Assembly (NCBI GenBank): GCA_964016885.1
Contig: OZ024743.1
Span: 321,222,001 to 321,286,000, forward strand
Source of the DNA: Eledone cirrhosa
Lineage: Eukaryota
Length of the DNA stretch: 64,000 nucleotides
Reading direction: 5' to 3'
A program made the position numbers and the translations under genes. Position 1 is the stretch's first letter, and each line of letters begins with the position of its first letter. A model generated the notes under the pieces. That model was not told where the DNA came from. It ran no database searches and was given only the letters and a program-made list of their open reading frames with translations. This document shows positions 1 through 15,000 of the stretch, one piece after another.

Positions 1-3000
1 GATATCTTATTTAGTACCCAAGGCAGGGAATTGGTAGGGATGTCTTATTTAGTACCCAAGACAGGGAATTGGCAGGGATGTCTTATTTAGTACCCAAGGC
101 AGGGAATTGGCAGGGATGTCTTATTTAGTACCCAAGGCAGGGAATTGACAGGGATGTCTTATTTAGTACACAAGGCAGGGAATTGGCAGGGATGTCTTAT
201 TTAGTACCCAAGGCAGGGAATTGGCAGGGATGTCTTATTTAGTACCCAAGGCAGGGAATTGACAACGATATCTTATTTAGTAGCCAAGGCAGGGAATTGG
301 CAGGGATGTCTTATTTAGTACCCAAGGCAGGGAATTGTCAGGGATGTCTTATTTAGTACCCAAGCAGGGAATTGGCAGGTATGTCTTATTTAGTACCCAA
401 GCAGGGAATTGGCAGGGATATATTATTTAGTATCCAATGCAGGGAATTGGCAGGGATGTCTTATTTAGTACCCAAGGCAGGGAATTGGCAGGGATGTCTT
501 ATTTTGTACCCAAGGCATGGAATTGGCAGGGATATCTTATTTAGTACCCAAGGCAGGGAATTGGCAGGGATGTCTTATTTAGTACCCAAGGCAGGGAATT
601 GGCAGGGATATCTTATTTAGTACCCAAGGCAGGGAATTGGCAGGGATGTCTTATTTAGTTCTCAAGGCAGGGAATTGGCAGGGATGTCTTATTTAGTACC
701 CAAGGCCGGGAATTGGCAGTGATATCTTATTTAGTAACCAAGGCAGGGATGTCTTTTTTAGCACCCAAGGCAGGGAATTGGCAGGGATGTCTTATTTAGT
801 ACCCAAGGCAGGGAATTGGCAGGGATGTCTTATTTAGTACCCAAGGCCGGGAATTGGCAGTGATATCTTATTTAGTACCCAAGGCAGGGATGTCTTATTT
901 AGTACCCAAGGCAGGGAATTGGCAGGGATGTCTTATTTAGTACCCGAGGCAGGGAATTGGCAGGGATGTCTTATTTAGTACCCAAGGCCGGGAATTGGCA
1001 GGGATATCTTATTTAGTACCCTAGGCAGGGAATTGGCAGGGATGTCTTATTTAGTACCCAAGGCAGGGAATTGGTAAGGATGTCTTGTTTAGTACCCAAG
1101 GCAGGGAATTGGCAGGGATGTCCTATTTAGTACCCAAGGCAGGGAATTGGCAGGGATATCTTATTTGGTACCCAAGGCAGGGAATTGGCAGGGATATCTT
1201 ATTTCGTAGCCAAGGCAGGGAATTGGCAGGGATGTCTTATTTGGTACCCAAGGCAGGGAATTGGGAGGGATGTCTTATTTAGTACCCAAGGCAGGGAATT
1301 GGCAGGGATGTCTTATTTAGTACCCAAGGCAGGGAATTGGCAGGGATGTCTTATTTAGTACCCAAGGCAGGGAATTGGCAGGGATGTCTTATTTAGTACC
1401 CAAGACCGGGAATTGGCAGGGATATCTTATTTAGTACCCAAGGCAGGGAATTGGCAGGGATGTCTTATTTAGTACCCAAGGCAGGGAATTGGCAGGGATG
1501 TCTTATTTAGTACCCAAGGCAGGGAATTGGCAGGGATGTCTTATTTAGTACCCAAGGCCGGGAATTGGCAGGGATATCTTATTTAGTACCCAAGGCAGGG
1601 AATAGGCAGGGATGTCTTATTTAGTACCCAAGGCAGGGAATTGGCAGGGATGTCTTATTTAGTACCCAAGGCAGGGAATTGGCAGGGATGTCTTAGTTGG
1701 TACCCAAGGCAGGGAATTGGCGGGGATGTCTTATTTAGTACCCAAGGCAGGGAATTGGCAGGGATATCTTATTTAGTACCCAAGGCAGGGAATTGGCAGG
1801 GATGTCTTATTTAGTACCCAAGCAGGGAATTGGCAGGGATGTCTTATTTAGTACCCAAGGCAGGGAATTGACAGGGATGTCTTATTTAGTACACAAGGCA
1901 GGGAATTGGCAGGGATGTCTTATTTAGTACCCAAGGCAGGGAATTGGCAGGGATGTCTTATTTAGTACCCAAGGCAGGGAATTGACAACGATATCTTATT
2001 TAGTAGCCAAGGCAGGGAATTGGTAGGGATGTCTTATTTAGTACCCAAGGCAGGGAATTGTCAGGGATGTCTTACTTAGTACCCAAGCAGGGAATGGGAA
2101 GGTATGTCTTATTTAGTACCCAAGCAGGGAATTGGCAGGGATATATTATTTAGTATCCAAGGCAGGGAATTGGCAGGGATGTCTTATTTAGTACCCAAGG
2201 CCGGGAATTGGCAGGGATGTCTTATTTAGTACCCAAGGCAGGGAATTGGCAGTGATATCTTATTTAGTAACCAAGGCAGGGATGTCTTATTTAGTACCCA
2301 AGGCAGGGAATTGGCAGGGATGTCTTATTTAGTACCCAAGGCAGGGAATTGGCAAGGATGTCTTATTTAGTACCCAAGGCCGGGAATTGGCAGTGATATC
2401 TTATTTAGTAACCAAGGCAGGGATGTCTTATTTAGTACCCAAGGCAGGGAATTGGCAGGGATGTCTTATTTAGTACCCAAGGCAGGGAATTGGCAGGGAT
2501 GTCTTATTTAGTACGCAAGGCAGGGAATTGGCAGGGATATCTTATTTAGTACCCAAGGCAGGGAATTGGCAGGGATGTCTTATTTAGTACCCAAGGCAGG
2601 GAATTGGCAGGGATGTCTTATTTAGTACCCAAGGCAGGGAATTGGCAGGGATGTCTTATTTAGTCCCCAAGGCAGGGAATTGGCAGGGATGTCTTATTTA
2701 GTACCCAAGGCCGGGAATTGGCAGGGATGTCTTATTTAGTACCCAAGGCAGGGAATTGGCAGGGATGTCTTATTTAGTACCCAAGGCAGGGAATTGGCAG
2801 GGATGTCTTATTTAGTACCCAAGGCCGGGAATTGGCAGGGATATCTTATTTAGTACCCAAGGCAGGGAATTGGCAGGGATGTCTTATTTAGTACCCAAGG
2901 CAGGGAATTGGCAGGGATGTCTTATTTAGTACCCAAGGCAGGGAATTGGCAGGGATGTCTTATTTAGTACCCAAGGCAGGGAATTGGCAGGGATGTCTTA

Positions 3001-6000
3001 TTTAGTACCCAAGGTAGGGAATTGGCAGTGATGTCTTATTTAGTACCCAAGGCAGGGAATTGACAGGGATGTCTTACTTAGTACCCAAGGCAGGGAATTG
3101 GCAGGGATGTCTTATTTAGTACCCAAGGCAGGGAATTGGCAGGGATATCTTATTTAGTACCCAAGGCAGGGAATTGGTAGGGATGTCTTATTTAGTACCC
3201 AAGGCAGGGAATTGGCAGGGATGTCTTATTTAGTACCCAAGGCAGGGAATTGGTAGGGATGTCTTATTTAGTACCCAAGGCAGGGAATTGGCAGGTATGT
3301 CTTATTTAGTACCCAAGGCAGGGAATTGGCAGGGATATCTTATTTAGTACCCAAGGCAGGGAATTGGTAGGGATGTCTTATTTAGTACCCAAGACAGGGA
3401 ATTGGCAGGGATGTCTTATTTAGTACCCAAGGCAGGGAATTGGCAGGGATGTCTTATTTAGTACCCAAGGCAGGGAATTGACAGGGATGTCTTATTTAGT
3501 ACACAAGGCAGGGAATTGGCAGGGATGTCTTATTTAGTACCCAAGGCAGGGAATTGGCAGGGATGTCTTATTTAGTACCCAAGGCAGGGAATTGACAACG
3601 ATATCTTATTTAGTAGCCAAGGCAGGGAATTGGCAGGGATGTCTTATTTAGTACCCAAGGCAGGGAATTGTCAGGGATGTCTTATTTAGTACCCAAGCAG
3701 GGAATTGGCAGGTATGTCTTATTTAGTACCCAAGCAGGGAATTGGCAGGGATATATTATTTAGTATCCAATGCAGGGAATTGGCAGGGATGTCTTATTTA
3801 GTACCCAAGGCAGGGAATTGGCAGGGATGTCTTATTTTGTACCCAAGGCATGGAATTGGCAGGGATATCTTATTTAGTACCCAAGGCAGGGAATTGGCAG
3901 GGATGTCTTATTTAGTACCCAAGGCAGGGAATTGGCAGGGATATCTTATTTAGTACCCAAGGCAGGGAATTGGCAGGGATGTCTTATTTAGTTCTCAAGG
4001 CAGGGAATTGGCAGGGATGTCTTATTTAGTACCCAAGGCCGGGAATTGGCAGTGATATCTTATTTAGTAACCAAGGCAGGGATGTCTTTTTTAGTACCCA
4101 AGGCAGGGAATTGGCAGGGATGTCTTATTTAGTACCCAAGGCAGGGAATTGGCAGGGATGTCTTATTTAGTACCCAAGGCCGGGAATTGGCAGTGATATC
4201 TTATTTAGTACCCAAGGCAGGGATGTCTTATTTAGTACCCAAGGCAGGGAATTGGCAGGGATGTCTTATTTAGTACCCGAGGCAGGGAATTGGCAGGGAT
4301 GTCTTATTTAGTACCCAAGGCCGGGAATTGGCAGGGATATCTTATTTAGTACCCTAGGCAGGGAATTGGCAGGGATGTCTTATTTAGTACCCAAGGCAGG
4401 GAATTGGTAAGGATGTCTTGTTTAGTACCCAAGGCAGGGAATTGGCAGGGATGTCCTATTTAGTACCCAAGGCAGGGAATTGGCAGGGATATCTTATTTG
4501 GTACCCAAGGCAGGGAATTGGCAGGGATATCTTATTTCGTAGCCAAGGCAGGGAATTGGCAGGGATGTCTTATTTGGTACCCAAGGCAGGGAATTGGGAG
4601 GGATGTCTTATTTAGTACCCAAGGCAGGGAATTGGCAGGGATGTCTTATTTAGTACCCAAGGCAGGGAATTGGCAGGGATGTCTTATTTAGTACCCAAGG
4701 CAGGGAATTGGCAGGGATGTCTTATTTAGTACCCAAGACCGGGAATTGGCAGGGATATCTTATTTAGTACCCAAGGCAGGGAATTGGCAGGGATGTCTTA
4801 TTTAGTACCCAAGGCAGGGAATTGGCAGGGATGTCTTATTTAGTACCCAAGGCAGGGAATTGGCAGGGATGTCTTATTTAGTACCCAAGGCCGGGAATTG
4901 GCAGGGATATCTTATTTAGTACCCAAGGCAGGGAATAGGCAGGGATGTCTTATTTAGTACCCAAGGCAGGGAATTGGCAGGGATGTCTTATTTAGTACCC
5001 AAGGCAGGGAATTGGCAGGGATGTCTTAGTTGGTACCCAAGGCAGGGAATTGGCGGGGATGTCTTATTTAGTACCCAAGGCAGGGAATTGGCAGGGATAT
5101 CTTATTTAGTACCCAAGGCAGGGAATTGGCAGGGATGTCTTATTTAGTACACAAGCAGGGAATTGGCAGGGATGTCTTATTTAGTACCCAAGGCAGGGAA
5201 TTGACAGGGATGTCTTATTTAGTACACAAGGCAGGGAATTGGCAGGGATGTCTTATTTAGTACCCAAGGCAGGGAATTGGCAGGGATGTCTTATTTAGTA
5301 CCCAAGGCAGGGAATTGACAACGATATCTTATTTAGTAGCCAAGGCAGGGAATTGGTAGGGATGTCTTATTTAGTACCCAAGGCAGGGAATTGTCAGGGA
5401 TGTCTTACTTAGTACCCAAGCAGGGAATGGGAAGGTATGTCTTATTTAGTACCCAAGCAGGGAATTGGCAGGGATATATTATTTAGTATCCAAGGCAGGG
5501 AATTGGCAGGGATGTCTTATTTAGTACCCAAGGCAGGGAATTGGCAGGGATGTCTTATTTTGTACCCAAGGCATGGAATTGGCAGGGATATCTTATTTAG
5601 TACCCAAGGCAGGGAATTGGCAGGGATGTCTTATTTAGTACCCAAGGCAGGGAATTGACAACGATATCTTATTTAGTAGCCAAGGCAGGGAATTGGTAGG
5701 GATGTCTTATTTAGTACCCAAGGCAGGGAATTGTCAGGGATGTCTTACTTAGTACCCAAGCAGGGAATGGGAAGGTATGTCTTATTTAGTACCCAAGCAG
5801 GGAATTGGCAGGGATATCTTATTTAGTACCCAAGGCAAGGAATTGGCAGGGATGTCTTATTTAGTACCCAAGGCAGGGAATTGGCAGGGATGTCTTATTT
5901 AGTACCCAAGGCCGGGAATTGGCAGTGATATCTTATTTAGTAACCAAGGCAGGGATGTCTTATTTAGTACCCAAGGCAGGGAATTGGCAGGGATGTCTTA

Positions 6001-9000
6001 TTTAGTACCCAAGGCAGGGAATTGGCAAGGATGTCTTATTTAGTACCCAAGGCCGGGAATTGGCAGTGATATCTTATTTAGTAACCAAGGCAGGGATGTC
6101 TTATTTAGTACCCAAGGCAGGGAATTGGCAGGGATGTCTTATTTAGTACCCAAGGCCGGGAATTGGCAGTGATATCTTATTTAGTACCCAAGGCAGGGAT
6201 GTCTTATTTAGTACCCAAGGCCGGGAATTGGCAGTGATATCTTATTTAGTACCCAAGGCAGGGATGTCTTATTTAGTACCCAAGGCCGGGAATTGGCAGG
6301 GATATCTTATTTAGTACCCAAGGCAGGGAATTGGCAGGGATGTCTTATTTAGTACCCAAGGCAGGGAATTGGCAGGGATGTCTTATTTTGTACCCAAGGC
6401 AGGGAATTGGCAGGGATATCTTATTTAGTACCCAAGGCAGGGAATTGGCAGGGATGTCATATTTAGTACCCAAGGCAGGGAATTGGCAGGGGTGTCTTAT
6501 TTGGTACCCAAGCCAGGGAATTGGCAGGGATATCTTACTTAGAACCCAAGGCAGGGAATTGGCAGGGATGTCTTATTTGGTACCCAAGGCAGGGAATTGG
6601 CAGGGATATCTTATTTAGTACCCAAGGCAGGGAATTGGCAGGGATATCTTATTTAGTACCCAAGGCAGGGAATTGGCAGGGATGTCTTATTTAGTACCCA
6701 AGGCAGGGAATTGGCAGGGATGTCTTATTTAGTACCCAAGGCAGGGAATTGGCAGGGATGTCTTATTTAGTCCCCAAGGCAGGGAATTGGCAGGGATGTC
6801 TTATTTAGTACCCAAGGCAGGGAATTGGCAGGGATATCTTATTTAGTACCCAAGGCAGGGAATTGGCAGGGATGTCTTATTTAGTACCCAAGGCAGGGAA
6901 TTGGCAGGGATGTCTTATTTAGTACCCAAGGCAGGGAATTGGCAGGGATGTCTTATTTAGTCCCCAAGGCAGGAAATTGGCAGGGATGTCTTATTTAGTA
7001 CCCAAGGCAGGGAATTGGCAGGGATGTCTTATTTAGTACCCAAGGCAGGGAATTGGCAGGGATGTCTTATTTAGTACCCAAGGCCGGGAATTGGCAGGGA
7101 TATCTTATTTAGTACCCAAGGCAGGGAATTGGCAGGGATGTCTTATTTAGTACCCAAGGCAGGGAATTGGCAGGGATGTCTTATTTGGTACCCAAGGCAG
7201 GGAATTGGCAGGGATGTCTTATTTAGTACCCAAGGCAGGGAATTGGCAGGGATGTCTTATTTAGTACCCAAGGTAGGGAATTGGCAGTGATGTCTTATTT
7301 AGTACCCAAGGCAGGGAATTGACAGGGATGTCTTACTTAGTACCCAAGGCAGGGAATTGGCAGGGATGTCTTATTTATTACCCAAGGCAGGGAACTGGCA
7401 GGGATATCTTATTTAGTACCCAAGGCAGGGAATTGGTAGGGATGTCTTATTTAGTACCCAAGGCAGGGAATTGGCAGGGATGTCTTATTTAGTACCCAAG
7501 GCAGGGAATTGGTAGGGATGTCTTATTTAGTACCCAAGGCAGGGAATTGGCAGGTATGTCTTATTTAGTACCCAAGGCAGGGAATTGGCAGGGATATCTT
7601 ATTTAGTACCCAAGGCAGGGAATTGGTAGGGATGTCTTATTTAGTACCCAAGACAGGGAATTGGCAGGGATGTCTTATTTAGTACCCAAGGCAGGGAATT
7701 GGCAGGGATGTCTTATTTAGTACCCAAGGCAGGGAATTGACAGGGATGTCTTATTTAGTACACAAGGAAGGGAATTGGCAGGGATGTCTTGTTTAGTACC
7801 CAAGGCAGGGAATTGGCAGGGATGTCTTATTCAGTACCGAAGACAGGGAATTGACAACGATATCTTATTTAGTAGCCAAGGCAGGGAATTGGCAGGGATG
7901 TCTTATTTAGTACCCAAGGCAGGGAATTGTCAGGGATGTCTTATTTAGTACCCAAGCAGGGAATTGGCAGGTATGTCTTATTTATTACCCAAGCAGGGAA
8001 TTGGCAGGGATATATTATTTAGTATCCAATGCAGGGAATTGGCAGGGATGTCTTATTTAGTACCCAAGGCAGGGAGTTGGCAGGGATGTCTTATTTTGTA
8101 CCCAAGGCATGGAATTGGCAGGGATATCTTATTTAGTACCCAAGGCAGGGAATTGGCAGGGATGTCTTATTTAGTACCCAAGGCAGGGAATTGGCAGGGA
8201 TATCTTATTTAGTACCCAAGGCAGGGAATTGGCAGGGATGTCTTATTTAGTTCTCAAGGCAGGGAATTGGCAGGGATGTCTTATTTACTACCCAAGGCCG
8301 GGAATTGGCAGTGATATCTTATTTAGTAACCAAGGCAGGGATGTCTTTTTTAGTACCCAAGGCAGGGAATTGGCAGGGATGTCTTATTTAGTACCCAAGG
8401 CAGGGAATTGGCAGGGATGTCTTATTTAGTACCCAAGGCCGGGAATTGGTAGGGATGTCTTATTTAGTACCCAAGGCAGGGAATTGGCAGGTATGTCTTA
8501 TTTAGTACCCAAGGCAGGGAATTGGCAGGGATATCTTATTTAGTACCCAAGGCAGGGAATTGGTAGGGATGTCTTATTTAGTACCCAAGACAGGGAATTG
8601 GCAGGGATGTCTTATTTAGTACCCAAGGCAGGGAATTGGCAGGGATGTCTTATTTAGTACCCAAGGCAGGGAATTGACAGGGATGTCTTATTTAGTACAC
8701 AAGGAAGGGAATTGGCAGGGATGTCTTGTTTAGTACCCAAGGCAGGGAATTGGCAGGGATGTCTTATTTAGTACCGAAGACAGGGAATTGACAACGATAT
8801 CTTATTTAGTAGCCAAGGCAGGGAATTGGCAGGGATGTCTTATTTAGTACCCAAGGCAGGGAATTGTCAGGGATGTCTTATTTAGTACCCAAGCAGGGAA
8901 TTGGCAGGTATGTCTTATTTATTACCCAAGCAGGGAATTGGCAGGGATATATTATTTAGTATCCAATGCAGGGAATTGGCAGGGATGTCTTATTTAGTAC

Positions 9001-12000
9001 CCAAGGCAGGGAGTTGGCAGGGATGTCTTATTTTGTACCCAAGGCATGGAATTGGCAGGGATATCTTATTTAGTACCCAAGGCAGGGAATTGGCAGGGAT
9101 GTCTTATTTAGTACCCAAGGCAGGGAATTGGCAGGGATATCTTATTTAGTACCCAAGGCAGGGAATTGGCAGGGATGTCTTATTTAGTTCTCAAGGCAGG
9201 GAATTGGCAGGGATGTCTTATTTACTACCCAAGGCCGGGAATTGGCAGTGATATCTTATTTAGTAACCAAGGCAGGGATGTCTTTTTTAGTACCCAAGGC
9301 AGGGAATTGGCAGGGATGTCTTATTTAGTACCCAAGGCAGGGAATTGGCAGGGATGTCTTATTTAGTACCCAAGGCCGGGAATTGGCAGTGATATCTTAT
9401 TTAGTACCCAAGGCAGGGATGTCTTATTTAGTACCCAAGGCAGGGAATTGGCAGGGATGTCTTATTTAGTACCCGAGGCAGGGAATTGGCAGGGATGTCT
9501 TATTTAGTACCCAAGGCCGGGAATTGGCAGGGATATCTTATTTAGTACCCTAGGCAGGGAATTGGCAGGGATGTCTTATTTAGTACCCAAGGCAGGGAAT
9601 TGGTAAGGATGTCTTGTTTAGTACCCAAGGCAGGGAATTGGCAGGGATGTCCTATTTACTACCCAAGGCAGGGAATTGGCAGGGATATCTTATTTGGTAC
9701 CCAAGGCAGGGAATTGGCAGGGATATCTTATTTCGTAGCCAAGGCAGGGAATTGGCAGGGATGTCTTATTTGGTACCCAAGGCAGGGAATTGGGAGGGAT
9801 GTCTTATTTAGTACCCAAGGCAGGGAATTGGCAGGGATGTCTTATTTAGTACCCAAGGCAGGGAATTGGCAGGGATGTCTTATTTAGTACCCAAGGCAGG
9901 GAATTGGCAGGGATGTCTTATTTAGTACCCAAGACCGGGAATTGGCAGGGATATCTTATTTAGTACCCAAGGCAGGGAATTGGCAGGGATGTCTTATTTA
10001 GTACCCAAGGCAGGGAATTGGCAGGGATGTCTTATTTAGTACCCAAGGCAGGGAATTGGCAGGGATGTCTTATTTAGTACACAAGGCCGGGATTTGGCAG
10101 GGATATCTTATTTAGTACCCAAGGCAGGGAATAGGCAGGGATGTCTTATTTAGTACCCAAGGCAGGGAATTGGCAGGGATGTCTTAGTTGGTACCCAAGG
10201 CAGGGAATTGGCAGGGATGTCTTATTTAGTACCCAAGCAGGGAATTGGCAGGGATGTCTTATTTAGTACCCAAGGCAGGGAATTGACAGGGATGTCTTAT
10301 TTAGTACACAAGGCAGGGAATTGGCAGTGATGTCTTATTTAGTACCCAAGGCAGGGAATTGGCAGGGATGTCTTATTTAGTACCCAAGGCAGGGAATTGA
10401 CAACGATATCTTATTTAGTAGCCAAGGCAGGGAATTGGTAGGGATGTCTTATTTAGTACCCAAGGCAGGGAATTGTCAGGGATGTCTTACTTAGTACCCA
10501 AGCAGGGAATTGGCAGGTATGTCTTATTTAGTATCCAAGCAGGGAATTGGCAGGGATATATTATTTAGTATCCAAGGCAGGGAATTGGCAGGGATGTCTT
10601 ATTTAGTACCCAAGGCAGGGAATTGGCAGGGATGTCTTATTTTGTACCCAAGGCATGGAATTGGCAGGGATATCTTATTTAGTACCCAAGGCAGGGAATT
10701 GGCAGGGATGTCTTATTTAGTACCCAAGGCAGGGAATTGGCAGGGATATCTTATTTAGTACCCAAGGCAGGGAATTGGCAGGTATGTCTTATTTAGTACC
10801 CAAGGCTGGGAATTGGCAGGGATGTCTTATTTAGTACCCAAGGCCGGGAATTGGCAGTGATATCTTATTTAGTAACCAAGGCAGGGATGTCTTATTTAGT
10901 ACCCAAGGCAGGGAATTGGCAGGGATGTCTTATTTAGTACCCAAGGCAGGGATTTGGCAGGGATGTCTTATTTAGTACCCAAGGCCGGGAATTGGCAGTG
11001 ATATCTTATTTAGTACCCAAGGCAGGGATGTCTTATTTAGTACCCAAGGCAGGGAATTGGCAGGGATGTCTTATTTAGTACCCGAGGCAGGGAATTGGCA
11101 GGGATGTCTTATTTAGTACCCAAAGCCGGGAATTGGCAGGGATATCTTATTTAGTACCCAAGGCAGGGAATTGGCAGGGATGTCTTATTTGGTACCCAAG
11201 GCAGGGAATTGGCAGGGATGTCTTATTTTGTACCCAAGGCAGGGAATTGGCAGGGATATCTTATTTAGTACCCAAGGCAGGGAATTGGCAGGGATGTCAT
11301 ATTTAGTACCCAAGGCAGGGAATTGGCAGGGGTGTCTTATTTGGTACCCAAGCCAGGGAATTGGCAGGGATATCTTACTTAGAACCCAAGGCAGGGAATT
11401 GGCAGGGATGTCTTATTTGGTACCCAAGGCAGGGAATTGGCAGGGATATCTTATTTAGTACCCAAGGCAGGGAATTGGCAGGGATGTCTTATTTAGTACC
11501 CAAGGCAGGGAATTGGCAGGGATGTCTTATTTAGTACCCAAGGCAGGGAATTGGCAGGGATATCTTATTTAGTACCCAAGGCAGGGAATTGGCAGGGATG
11601 TCTTATTTAGTACCCAAGGCAGGGAATTGGCAGGGATGTCTTATTTAGTACCCAAGGCATGGAATTGGCAGGGATGTCTTATTTAGTCCCCAAGGCAGGT
11701 AATTGGCAGGGATGTCTTATTTAGTACCCAAGGCCGGGAATTGGCAGGGATATCTTATTTAGTACCCAAGGCAGGGAATTGGCAGGGATGTCTTATTTAG
11801 TACCCAAGGCAGGGAATTGGCAGGGATGTCTTATTTGGTATCCAAGGCAGGGAATTGGCAGGGATGTCTTATTTTGTACCCAAGGCAGGGAAGTGGCAGG
11901 GATATCTTATTTAGTACCCAAGGCAGGGAATTGGCAGGGATGTCTTATTTGGTACCCAAGACAGGGAATTGGCAGGGATGTCTTATTTAGTACCCAAGGC

Positions 12001-15000
12001 AGGGAATTGGCAGGGATGTCTTATTTGGTACCCAAGACAGGGAATTGGCAGGGATGTCTTATTTGGTACCCAAGTCAGGGAATTGGCAGGGATGTCTTAT
12101 TTAGTACTCAATACAGGGAATTGGCAGGGATGTCTTATTTGGTACCCAAGTCAGGGAATTGGCAGGGATGTCTTATTTAGTACTCAATACAGGGAATTGG
12201 CAGGGATGTCTTATTTAGTACCCAAGGCAGGGAATTGGCAGGGATATCTTATTTAGTACCCAAGGCAGGGATTTGGCAGTGATGTCTTATTTAGTACCCA
12301 AGGCAGGGAATTGGCAGGGATGTCTTATTTAGTACCCAAGGCAGGGAATTGGCAGTGATGTCTTATTTAGTACCCAAGGCTGGGAATTGGCAGGGATATC
12401 TTATTTAGTACCCAAGGCAGGGAATTGTCAGGGATATCTTATTTAGTACCTAAGGCAGGGAATTGGCAGGGATATCTTATTTAGTACCCAAGGCAGGGAA
12501 TTGGCAGTGATGTCTTATTTAGTACCCAAGGCAGGGAATTGGCAGGGATATCTTATTTAGTACCCAAGGCAGGGAATTGGCAGGGATGTCTTATTTAGTA
12601 CCCAAGGCAGGGAATTGGTAGGGATGTCTTATTTAGTACCCAAGGCAGGGAATTGGCAGGGATATCTTATTTAGTACCCAAGGTAGGGAATTGTCAGGGA
12701 TATCTTATTTAGTACCCAAGGCAGGGAATTGGCAGGGATGTCTTATTTAGTACCCAAGGCAGGGAATTGGCAGGGATGTCTTATTTAGTACCCAAGGCAG
12801 GGAATTGGCAGTGATGTCTTATTTAGTACACAAGGCAGGGAATTGGCAGTGATGTCTTATTTAGTACCCAAGGCAGGGAATTGGCAGGGATGTTTTATTT
12901 AGTACCCAAGGCAGGGAATTGACAAGGATATCTTATTTAGTAGCCAAGGCAGGGAATTGGTAGGGATGTCTTATTTGGTACCCAAGGCAGGGAATTGGCA
13001 GGGATATCTTATTTAGTACCCAAGGCAACGAATTGGCAGGGATGTCTTATTTAGTACCCAAGGCAGGGAATTGGCAGGGATGTCTTATTTAGTACCCAAG
13101 GCAGGGAATTGGCAGGGATGTCTTAGTTGGTACCCAAGGCAGGGAATTGGCAGGGATGTCTTATTTTGTACCCAAGGCAGGGAATTGGCAGGGATGTCTT
13201 ATTTAGTACCCAAGGCAGGGAATTGGCAGGGATGTTATTTTTTGGTACCCAAGGCAGGGAATTGGCAGGGATGTCTTATTTAGTACCCAAGGCGGGGAAT
13301 TGGCAGGGATGTCTTATTTAGTACCCAAGGCAGGGAATTGGCAGGGATATCTTACTTAGTACCCAAGGCAGGGAATTGGCAGGTATGTCTTATTTAGTAC
13401 CCAAGGCAGGGAATTGGCAGGGATGTCTTATTTAGTACCCAAGGCAGGGAATTGGCAGGGATGTCTTATTTAGTACCCAAGGCAGGGAATTGGCAGGGAT
13501 GTCTTATTTAGTACCCAAGGCAGGGAATTGGCAGGGATGTCTTATTTAGTACCCAAGGCAGGGAATTGGCAGGGATGTCTTATTTGGTACCCAAGGCAGG
13601 GAATTGGCAGGGATGTCTTATTTTGTACCCAAGGCAGGGAATTGGCAGGGATATCTTATTTAGTACCCAAGGCAGGGAATTGGCAGGGATGTCATATTTA
13701 GTACCCAAGGCAGGGAATTGGCAGGGGTGTCTTATTTGGTACCCAAGCCAGGGAATTGGCAGGGATATCTTACTTAGAACCCAGGGCAGGGAATTGGCAG
13801 GGATGTCTTATTTGGTACCCAAGGCAGGGAATTGGCAGGGATATCTTATTTAGTACCCAAGGCAGGGAATTGGCAGGGATGTCTTATTTAGTACCCAAGG
13901 CAGGGAATTGGCAGGGATGTCTTATTTAGTACCCAAGGCAGGGAATTGGCAGGGATATCTTATTTAGTACCCAAGGCAGGGAATTGGCAGGGATGTCTTA
14001 TTTAGTACCCAAGGCAGGGAATTGGCAGGGATGTCTTATTTAGTACCCAAGGCAGGGAATTGGCAGGGATGTCTTATTTAGTCCCCAAGGCAGGTAATTG
14101 GCAGGGATGTCTTATTTAGTACCCAAGGCCGGGAATTGGCAGGGATATCTTATTTAGTACCCAAGGCAGGGAATTGGCAGGGATGTCTTATTTAGTACCC
14201 AAGGCAGGGAATTGGCAGGGATGTCTTATTTGGTATCCAAGGCAGGGAATTGGCAGGGATGTCTTATTTTGTACCCAAGGCAGGGAAGTGGCAGGGATAT
14301 CTTATTTAGTACCCAAGGCAGGGAATTGGCAGGGATGTCTTATTTGGTACCCAAGACAGGGAATTGGCAGGGATGTCTTATTTAGTACCCAAGGCAGAGA
14401 ATTGGCAGGGATGTCTTATTTAGTACCCAAGGCAGGGAATTGGCAGGGATGTCTTATTTGGTACCCAAGGCAGGGAATTGGCAGGGATGTCTTATTTAGT
14501 ACCCAAGGCAGGGAATTGGCAGGGATGTCTTATTTGGTACCCAAGACAGGGAATTGGCAGGGATGTCTTATTTGGTACCCAAGTCAGGGAATTGGCAGGG
14601 ATGTCTTATTTAGTACTCAATACAGGGAATTGGCAGGGATGTCTTATTTGGTACCCAAGTCAGGGAATTGGCAGGGATGTCTTATTTAGTACTCAATACA
14701 GGGAATTGGCAGGGATGTCTTATTTAGTACCCAAGGCAGGGAATTGGCAGGGATATCTTATTTAGTACCCAAGGCAGGGATTTGGCAGTGATGTCTTATT
14801 TAGTACCCAAAGCAGGGAATTGGCAGGGATGTCTTATTTAGTACCCAAGGCAGGGAATTGGCAGTGATGTCTTATTTAGTACCCAAGGCTGGGAATTGGC
14901 AGGGATATCTTATTTAGTACCCAAGGCAGGGAATTGTCAGGGATATCTTATTTAGTACCTAAGGCAGGGAATTGGCAGGGATATCTTATTAATACCCAAG

